64,000 bases of DNA, from the NCBI RefSeq assembly GCF_009914755.1, contig NC_060932.1, one strand, 5' to 3'. Made by a program: the position numbers and the translations under genes. Shown here piece after piece: positions 54,398-64,000 of this stretch (its first letter is position 1; every line of letters begins with the position of its first letter). The stretch comes from the human T2T-CHM13v2.0 reference genome, Homo sapiens. The notes beneath the pieces are model-generated. The model ran no database searches. It was given only the letters and a program-made list of their open reading frames with translations, and was not told the origin of the DNA.

Positions 54398-55111
54398 TTA
54401 CCTCCTCTCCAATATTTTGTTATTGCTTCATTTTTCACTTCTTTTATTACTCATGAGGTCAAGTCCTTTTTATATGTTTAATTTTCTTTTGTGAATTGCT
54501 TTTGCCCATCAGGGAGTTCACTTATTCTGCTTAGTTCGTGGCGTGTTTTATAAGTATATTAACTATTGGTTTGTTTCCTCAAATATTTCAGTTGGTTTGT
54601 TATTTTTTATATGTGGTTCCTGTTGTTTTGATACACAGGAGTTTAAAATTTTTACACTGTTAAACTATTAACCTTTGCTTATATGTTTTAGAATGATGCC
54701 AATTTAGTAAGACTCTATAAATGGAACTTAGAGTCTATTTTATAGTTTCTTTTTAACCTCTAATTCTTATCTTCTTAACCAGAGCTATAACTTTCATTAT
54801 CAAGTAACCATTTATGCTAAACCTGAAAAAACTGAATATGAGTCTTCCCCCTAAAAAATCTTTACAAACACAGGTGTCAACATGAATCATCGTATTTCCT
54901 GACCTTGTGGTCTTCCATTACGGTTTCAAAGCAGAGAAGAGTAACTCTGCTATTTTTTTTTTAAGCAAATTCATCTTCTAGGTGCTGCAAATATGATAAA
55001 CTCTGCTTTTTTAAGGAGAATGCTTGCCTGAGCCGTAGCAGACATGCCCTGACTTAACACATCTAAGTGAAGCTAGAGTATTTTTTTCAGGAATCATCTT
55101 TATGATGTTCA

Positions 55112-55811
<700 letters not shown>

Positions 55812-55914
55812 TCAGTTCGTAGACTATGATACAAATATAAAAAATAATATATAAGCATAGGCTTGGGGCTAGTCATTCTGTGTTGCAATCCAACTTCACT
55901 ACTTACAAGCTGAA

Positions 55915-56310
55915 TAATAGGAAAAAAACCTTTTCCTTTCTATACTCACACTCATTCTTGTACTTCATTTCTGATACCAAACGTGTGGTTTTTTTTTCTT
56001 CCCACACATCCATTCTCCAGTGGACACCAGCTTGTCCTAAATTTCAGTCAATTCTGACACCATCTACCTGGAGTTAGCTTCAGAACTCATAAGTTAAAGG
56101 CTCAGTCCTGCAAGACAGGCTCCTACTTCAGGTCCCAGTTGCAAGTACAGGCCTCCTGTGCTTCTGACCAAGGCTATAAATCAGAGGTTTCCATAAGCCA
56201 CTCCTTGGGTTTGATCATTCATTAGAATGGCTCATAGAACTCAGGGAAACACTTAAGTTTACCAGTTTGTTATAAAGGATATTCCAAGGACACAGAAGAA
56301 CAACCAGAGG
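55915..56310 (-). mobile_element. MER21-family LTR
   Basis: CAATTCTGACACCATCTACCTGGAGTTAGC...GAATGGCTCATAGAACTCAGGGAAACACTTA. Confidence 0.75.
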
Positions 56311-56544
56311 AGATTCTGTAAATACCTTCCCAGCAATAAATATGCTCAACTAAAATTATATGCTCATAAATTGCTATCAGTATTTGGTAGTACCTGTCTA
56401 AAAAGACATTTTTACAGTTGAAATACATAAAATTTCATTACACATTAGTATTAACAGATGAACGTCTGCAATAGATTTTGATGATAGGGAACACCAATTT
56501 TGAACCTCAATCAAAATTTTATCCTCTCTCAATGAAAAAAACAA

Positions 56545-56780
56545 TTTTTTTTGAGACAAGGTGTCACTCTGTCTCCCAGGCTGGAATGCAGTGGCACAAT
56601 CACAGCTCACTGTAACCTCTACCTTCTGGGCTCAAGCAATCCTCCCTCCTCAGCCTCCTGAGTAGCTAGGACTACAGGCACACACTGCCATGCTTGGTTA
56701 ATTTTTTAAATTTTTTGTAGAAATTCCTGGACTCAAGCAATCCTCCTGCCTCCGCCTCCCAAAGTACTGGGAGTCCAGGC
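56545..56780 (-). mobile_element. AluJ with left-arm deletion
   Basis: Antisense J; GTAGA joined directly to AATTCCTGG. Confidence 0.85.
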
Positions 56781-57218
56781 ATGAGACACGGAGCCTGGTC
56801 TAAAAATAAAAAACTTAAATTAGGTTTAGTTGGGCCTCAGCATCAAGTGTTTCCTCCTGTCTGATGGTTCTGTTACATGGAATCAATAAAATCCTGATCC
56901 CCACCTATGTGTGATTGCAAATGGTCACGGCCTTTAACAACATGCTGGTACTCTCAGGATATCCTTCAACTAAACTAATCTAAATGCTTGAAAAAGCAGA
57001 TTTTTGTTTAAAAACTGAATCTGCTGCCAACATGTCTTGTCACAAATACAAGTCCACTGAGTAGCATCCAAATCATAATAAACATTCAAATGATTAATAT
57101 GTTCTGTTTACCACCTGGTACCCTCACTTGCCAGTTATTGCACAGCTCACTATTATGCTGGGCTTGATTTTAAGTGAATGGATAAGTACAGCCTGAATTT
57201 TTTTTCCGTTTCTTTTTT

Positions 57219-57317
57219 ATATGGAACATTTCATGAATTTTCATATCATCCTTGGGCAGCAGCCATGATAATTGTGTATCATTCCAACTTTAGGATGTTT
57301 GCTGCCAAAGCAAGAAC
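57219..57317 (-). pseudogene. U6 snRNA retropseudogene
   Basis: Minus strand GTTCTTGCTTTGGCAGCAAACATCCTAAAGTTGGAATGATACAC...CAAGGATGATATGAAAATTCATGAAATGTTCCATAT plus A-rich tail; near full-length, diverged U6. Confidence 0.9.
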
Positions 57318-57349
57318 CAGATCTGAGTATTTTTAAGAAATGAGGGTAG

Positions 57350-57835
57350 AGGCCAGGCACAGTGGCTTATGTCTGTAATCCCAGCACTTTGGGAGGCTGA
57401 GGCGAGTGGATTACTTGAGGTCATGAGTTCGAGACCAACCTGACCAACATGGTGAAACCCTGTCTCTACTAAAAATACAAAATTAGCTGGGCATGGTGGT
57501 GCTCACCTATAATCCCACCTACTTGGGAGGCTGAGGCAGGAGAATCACTTGAACCCACGAGGCGGAGGTTGCAGTGAGCAACAAACGACCTGGTTTGTAG
57601 GATTTGCCAATTACCGTGGTGTAAATACTTCCACTATGGCCAATTTCAAGTTATTAGTGCGATATTTCTGAATATCAGGTTAAGAAGAGATGTGTACCAT
57701 TGACTGAATGAGTATTTCTGAATATCAGGTTAAGAAGAGATGTGTACCATTGGCAGTGAGCTGAGATTGTGCCATTGCACTCCAGCCTGGACAACAAGAG
57801 TGAAACTCCATCTCAAAACAAAACAAAAAAGAAAT
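57350..57835 (+). mobile_element. AluS containing a ~173-bp non-Alu insertion
   Basis: TSD AAGAAATGA(G/A)GGTAGAG; right arm interrupted at GCAGTGAGC. Confidence 0.95.
57581..57752 (-). repeat. inverted copy of 63551-63672, with a second partial copy
   Basis: 117/122 identity to the reverse complement; the last 40 bp are repeated after a 10-bp linker. Confidence 0.95.
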
Positions 57836-58071
57836 GAAGGTAGAGCTATGATCTTTCTTATCCATATAGTTACAGGAAGGTCTTGGAAACATATAGTACA
57901 TACTCAATAAACATTTGTTCATTGAATGAATGGATGAATGAGGTTTTTTTCTCTAAAAAGTTAGTCTGGTGGCACTAGTTCATGATGTGGTGGTCTCCAC
58001 CAAGTCACAATCTGATATGGAATATCTGAATGTGCATGTTTGTGTTTGCATGTGTTTGTTACAGTTTTTAG

Positions 58072-58303
58072 AGACAGCATGTGAAATAGTGACCAAGAAA
58101 GGCTCTGGAGTCAGATTCCTTGGATTTGAACCTCAGCTCTGCATTTACTAGCTTCATGGCCTTGGAAACACTGCTTAATTCTCTATGCCTTAGTTTTCTC
58201 ATCAGTAAAAGGAGGATAACAATAGCACTCACTTTATAGGATAATTGTGAAGATTAAAAGAGCTATTCATGCAAATAACATCATAAATTTGCTTAATATA
58301 GTT
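58072..58303 (+). mobile_element. MIR
   Basis: GGCTCTGGAGTCAGATTCCTTGGATTTGAACCTCAGCTCTGC...TAGTTTTCTCATCAGTAAAAGGAGGATAA. Confidence 0.85.
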
Positions 58304-58305
58304 CC

Positions 58306-58970
58306 TGCCGAGGCATCTGTTTTTAGGCCTGACATAAGTTATTTGAAACCTAGTCATACTCCATGACCTTTGGCCTAGTTACATCTTCCCCTTCCAGTGT
58401 GATTGTTTGTGCTCTAGCCCCATTATTCTATCCCATTGACACAAAACTCAACACAGCCCAGAACTGCTGGCCATAATAAACCTAATGGTCAATGCCAGAG
58501 TCATGGGTGTGGTGGCATGCACCCATAGTCCCAGCCACTCAGGAGGATGAGGTAGGAGGATCACTTGAGGCTGGGAGGTTGAGGCTGCAGTGAGCCATGA
58601 TTGCACCACTGCACTTCAGCCTGGGCGACACAGCTGTGTGTTTTTTTGGTTTCAACAAACACTCAAAAAAGACATAGTCTCAAAGCCCTTGCTCCACCTG
58701 ATGGCTGTGCTCCCCGCCACCTACAGACTTCCTGTTGGCCACCCACTGGGACCCCTAGCTCTTCTGGGACCTGTAAGTAATACATATCATGAATTTTGGT
58801 TTCATTTCCCCATTGTGGCCTACCTGATGCACACACCTGAACCTAACTTCACCGTCACCCACTCACACACCCCCACCCCCAACTCATACCCCAGTGCTCT
58901 CCTACAGAGTGGCTAGCTTGGCTTATGGCCACTCTCAAGAGAGAGACCCCAAGACCAAATTAGAAAAAAT
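58306..58970 (+). mobile_element. MER54-like ERVL LTR with an Alu right arm (58503-58633) inside
   Basis: GGCATCTGTTTTTAGGCCTGACATAAGTTATTTGAAACC... GCCACTCTCAAGAGAGAGACCCCAAGACCAAATTAG. Confidence 0.6.
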
Positions 58971-58971
58971 T

Positions 58972-59295
<324 letters not shown>

Positions 59296-59589
59296 CTAAC
59301 TTGATAAAGGTTTGCCATTTAAAGCTGGTAAAATATAAAAAAGAAATGTAAATTGAAAGCAAATGCTTACAGAATTCTCAGATTGCAGGGGACATAGTCT
59401 GAAAAATACCAGTTTAAGAGAAAATGAATGAGAGGGTTTGTGCAGCTCAAAGCAAAATGATCTCCTCCTTTGATTTGCTTGCTCAATTAGTCTCAGAGGA
59501 TGAGTGTCCAATATGTACAGAAAGATGTTTTTAATTGGAGAATAACCTGGAAACTCCATGCTACTGAACTATGTGTCAGAAATGGTAAC

Positions 59590-59810
59590 AAAAACCACTG
59601 AGGACTTACTCTGTGCTAGACCCTGAGATAAAGTATGTACTTAAAACTTTTCATTTAATTCTCAGAAAATGCCCAATGAAATTGGTATTTTAACCCCATT
59701 TCCAGATGAAAAAAATCAAGGCCCATGGCCCAGTTGAAACTCTTTTGAATGAAGTGGAGGAGGCAGGATCTGTGTGATTTGAGAGTCCAGGCTCTGAGTC
59801 AGGACTGCCT
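59590..59810 (-). mobile_element. MIR
   Basis: TCATTTAATTCTCA...CCCCATTTCCAGATGAAAAA. Confidence 0.7.
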
Positions 59811-61174
59811 CCCGGCAACACACAACAGCAACAAACACAGAGTGCAATCTTAGGGAAATGCCAAGACCTTCACCTTGAGCGTGTGCATGCGCTGCTCTAC
59901 AGAACCCAGGAGGCGCCTTCCGCCCACCCACAGGTACTACAGCACTAGCTCATCCACCCAGGGGCCTCTTCCCAGTGGTACCAGGTGGCTGTTCTCCTTG
60001 AATGTCAAAACACACAGCCCTTGGTTTCTGCATTTCCTTTGTCTTTGCCACCCACACCCACCCTCTCGCCTTGTACTTATTAACACCACAGGCTTACCCA
60101 GCACCTTTTATTTTTAGCATCTCAAAATGTTCGAACAAGACATTTTTCTTACTTTCATGTGCCTCTGCCTGGGAAAATCAGAATCACAAAGACTATTACC
60201 ATCATAATGACTCTGATGGTTATGCAACAAACAATTCAAGATAAAAGGAGGGGAGAGGCCCTTCCAGGTTCTGGGGTTTTGCGGGATGGATCAGGTTCAG
60301 AACACAGCTGCATCTCTTCTGCCAAACCTGCTGACCTGGCCCTGGGACTCGGGACTTGCTGATCTGTGTGAAACAGCTTCTTCCTACCAGGGGTGTTATT
60401 GACAGGAGGGGAGGCCAGACAGCTGGGCTGCCTTGAAGTGATGCTTGCCCATGTTAGCCATTTTAACAGTCATTTAAAATTCATTTCAAATACTAGGGAT
60501 AGCAGTTTGTCACTTTCCCTGTTGTTTTTTTCCCACAGACATATTAATATGGATGTGGCTAGCAGGTTCCAAGCTTTGAATTGTGCTCATTAAGTCACAG
60601 CTGGCTGGGAATACGTGTCAATCCCAGACCTTTATTTCTCAAGCCAGTTTTATAATGAAATTAAAATGGACTCCTCCAGACACCCCCTTCCCTGGAAGCA
60701 AAGCATTTGCCCCTCTGGGGAGTAGATGCTGTGTTCTGATATGCTCTTTTTCTCAAAAGAAATGCATAAGTAATTTCAGTAATTAAAACATTTAATTTGG
60801 TGATTACCCTCACAAAAAGAAACTGCACAAATTAACCCTGGGAGGGGAACATTCCATCCAGCTGTTTCAGCGAGGCCTTTTCTGCCCTCATCCGTGCCCT
60901 CCTTCCCTTCGAGGGAGCAGCCCACCTGCTTGGGATGTTCCCCCGTCACTCACCATATCCCAGTGTTCCCAGTGGAAGTGTGGCTGGCCAGATGGCCCCC
61001 GCTATTAGTCACTTTCCTCCGCTGAATTGCATGGCTTGACGTCTGAAACTCAGTATTTATTTGTAAAAGGAGCTAAGGAAAAAGCTGATTCATTGTTACT
61101 CCAGAGGAATTCCTTCAGGGAATATAATACCCTTAAGGAGACCAGACTTCATGAAAGACATTTTGGCTTAAGCA

Positions 61175-61340
61175 GAACTAGCTGCATAAGTGAACTCACC
61201 TGGGGAGCTTGTTAAACGCAGTGGTTCCTGGACCCCACCCTGGACCTACTGAAACAGGAACCCGGGAAGGAGCCCAGGAATTTGAATTTTAACAAGCTCC
61301 AAGGTGATTAATTTGCAACCTGGATTTTGGGAGCCACTGA
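61175..61340 (+). mobile_element. MER5-family relic
   Basis: TCACCTGGGGAGCTTGTTAAACGCAG...GCCCAGGAATTTGAATTTTAACAAGCTCCAAGGTGATT. Confidence 0.8.
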
Positions 61341-62264
61341 GATGGAGGACACCCACTCATCATCAGCGTGGGGGTGGGGTGTAACTGTGAGTCACTCAGG
61401 GAATGATGGGGTGGGGGTCTGACCTTTAATTGGGTGCAGCTGAGCTCACCTGGCAGCCTGTGCTTCGTTTGCAAATGACAAATTAGAAAACGATGCACAA
61501 TTAAGCTTTTCAAGAGGGAATTAATCAGTTCACCCCCTCTTGTACCTCAGAGCCAGCCTGTGCATCCCTGGGTAATCAGGAAAGTCACTGACACTCCCCA
61601 TGTTATGTGGGCTGAAGGATGACAGAGCGGAAGCCCTCAGATGTTGTCTGTCAGCCCTTAACGAGAGAACAGGCTGGGTGAGTCCTGCAGCCTCAGCCAG
61701 GCTGGGTCCTAACTCTCAGGGGCTGCTGAGGAAGAGTGCAGCATACTCATTCACAGATGGTTTTTCTGTGGTTTCCAAATGCCATCCCAACCCTATGCCT
61801 GGAGCTAGGCTGGCTTACCAGAGCCACCTGGGGAGCAGACCAAAAACATAAATTCCTGTGCCACCGATTGGCTTGGAGGCTGGGCCTTGTAATCTGTATT
61901 GATAGCGATCCTCCCTGGGATTTGGGAACCACTGTGAACAGACAGGACTGCCTGTTGGATCATGAAGTTATTAGAAATAAACCCACAGAGAAGTCGATGT
62001 AAAGAAAAGCGAAAGCTCCAATGGCAGGAGCTTTGAGTGACCCTGCAGCCCGTGGAGAACACCAGAGGGCCTAACAAGGGGAAGACAGTCAATGAGGACT
62101 GAAAAGAAAGACGTCCCTTCAAAAGAGGCTGTGTAATTCACAATCGCTTGGCTCCCATTTAGCACCGGGCGCTTCCAGAAAATGACGGGGAGGGTGAGAT
62201 GGAGAAGATTCTAATTGCACAGGCTGCTGTCTCTTGTGAGGGATTTTTTAAAAGGGGGTATTGC

Positions 62265-62440
62265 CAGTGCCGTGTAGTAACTGGATGCTCCAGGGTGTGG
62301 TGAGGAGGCGGGGGAGGCCCTGGTTTGTAATGTTTGCTGATTTCCTTGCCACCAGCATCACTTCACTGAACATGGAGTTGGGAAGAGACCTGCGCAATCG
62401 GTTCTTTCTGTTGGCAGGCGCCTCCCCCAGCACACCTCTG
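62265..62440 (-). mobile_element. MER63A (hAT) relic
   Basis: Minus strand CAGAGGTGTGCTGG...CCGATTGCGCAGGTCTCTTCCCAACTCCATGTTCAGTGA...GGAAATCAGCAAACATTACAAACCAGGGC. Confidence 0.75.
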
Positions 62441-63509
62441 GATAGTTCCCCGTCTTCAAAGAAGAGCTTCCTGCAATTATACCGTAGTATCTGCAGCAGC
62501 ATCACCAAAATGTGGCCATACTGGAATCCCTGAGGCGGAGCAGCTGGACCCGAGGGCTCACTGATTGTGCGGTTGGGAGCGGGCGTCTCGCAGGCTTGCA
62601 GAGATCAGCTTTTGTTGCGCCAGGAGCTGATGCTTAATGGCCAAGCCTGCCTAAGGCAGAGCCCAGTTTCCTAAGGAAGCGGGGAGAAGCAGAGGAAGCA
62701 GGAGCTAAGAATTTCAGGTGGGGAAAGGGGTTCCTTTTGAATTCAGCTAGGAATCGCTCATAAAGACGAAGAGTTCACAATAAAGGAAATGGAGATGCTG
62801 CGGGCCGCCCCGGTACACTGACAAGCCGATTCTTCACAGTTTGCTGCAGCCAGAGGCAGAGGGCAGGCTCTGCACAACCTGACTTGGAGTGGAATGGAAA
62901 ATATCCAATTAATCATTCAAATTTGTGTCTAAGGAACCATGATACTCAGTTATGAATTTCAAGCACTTTTAAAAACTGCTTTTGGGAGAGATGTAAAACC
63001 TGTCATTGAAATAAAATTAGCAAATATTTCCCCAAGTAAGTTAAAATGTGTCAGGTAAATAATGGGAAGACAGAAGAGGTTTCTGGGAAATATTTCATTT
63101 GTGTAACTGAAGAAACATTGTAGGAGGTGATGGGGGAACAACACGCACAAAAATGCAGAGCCCGGGTTTGAGGGAAATATCTTTCCCCTTTTTCTTGGCC
63201 CTCATGGAGAGATGCTTGGCTCTGAAATGGAAACTAGCCACTTCGTACAACTCAGTTCCTATGTCCCATTAACGTGCTGAGCACATTAGGTGTGAAAAGC
63301 AAGGAGTGGAAAGACAGCAGAAAACATGGACTGCCGTATTTTCAAGTCCCTTTCTGTCTTGAGAACCCCTGCCCAGGGTGTGTGAGTGCTTTTGGGGTGG
63401 GGGTGAAGGCATGCTAGGAAAATACCATTTTATTTTTAAAAACAAGCAAACAAGATCCTGCCATATAATGTGCTACTAAAAATATTTGCTCCTGGCATTG
63501 ACTGTCAAG

Positions 63510-63714
63510 CAGTGGCATGCTGCAGCCAGCTTGCGTTGGCTCATAAAAGCCAATGGTACACATCTCTTCTTAACCTGATATTCAGAAATATCACACTGAT
63601 AACTTGAAATTGGCCATAGTGGAAGTATTTACACCATGGTAATTGTGAAATCCTACAAACCAGGTCGTTTGTCCTTGGAGAACTGGTTGTTAAAGATCTA
63701 TCATCACAGAGCTG
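63510..63714 (+). mobile_element. MER63A (hAT) relic; donor of the 57581 insertion
   Basis: CAGTGGCATGCTG...CTTGAAATTGGCCATAGTGGAAGTATTTACACCA...CTGGTTGTTAAA; degenerate 8-bp TSD CTGTCAAG/CTGGCAGG. Confidence 0.8.
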
Positions 63715-63752
63715 CTGGCAGGTTATCCTACTGAGAGATCGGATCATAACCA

Positions 63753-63922
63753 TGTATATTAGTCAGCTTGGGCTGCCATAACAAAATGCCACAGTCTGGG
63801 TGGCTGATACAACAGCCATTTATTTCTCATAGTTCTGGAGGCTGAAAGTTCAAGAGTAAGGTGTCAGGGAGTTTGGTGTCTCCTGAGGGGAGGCCTCTTT
63901 CTTTGGCTTGCAGGCAGTTGTC
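63753..63922 (-). mobile_element. MLT1A/B MaLR LTR, partial
   Basis: TGTATATTAGTCAGCTTGGGCTGCCATAACAAAATGCCACAG...CATAGTTCTGGAGGCTG. Confidence 0.85.
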
Positions 63923-64000
63923 TTCTTTTTTTTTTTCTTTTTTTGAGACAGTGTCTCCCTCTGTCACCCAGGCTGGAGTGCAGTGGTGCAATCTTGGCTC
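63923..64000 (-). mobile_element. Alu, partial (window edge)
   Basis: Poly-T plus GAGACAGTGTCTCCCTCTGTCACCCAGGCTGGAGTGCAG. Confidence 0.9.

Noticed and set aside
62248-62533. Protein-looking ORFs on both strands
   Set aside because: Mostly overlap a MER63A relic; no recognisable protein family

Overview
Primate (human-like) nuclear DNA that is very Alu-dense and, as far as I can see, non-coding (intergenic or intronic). Most of the longer ORFs in the track are Alu, LTR12 or simple-repeat translations, and I can support no protein-coding gene. Contents: more than 50 Alu copies or fragments (J/S/Y types, several nested), three solo ERV1 LTRs with 4-bp target duplications (LTR12, LTR8A, LTR8), MaLR/ERVL LTRs, L1/L2/MIR relics, DNA-transposon relics (MER5, MER53, two MER63A), a U6 snRNA pseudogene and microsatellites. 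I found no new gene system. The most unusual signals are DNA-repair and retroposition scars. Two Alus carry inverted copies of sequence lying 2.3 kb and 6 kb away (local templated insertions), and there are further template-switch-like scars. There is also a tiny poly(A)-tailed, TSD-flanked retrocopy matching the GTPase-associated centre of 28S rRNA. Repeat family names come from recalled consensus sequences, not database searches. Boundaries of old repeats are approximate.
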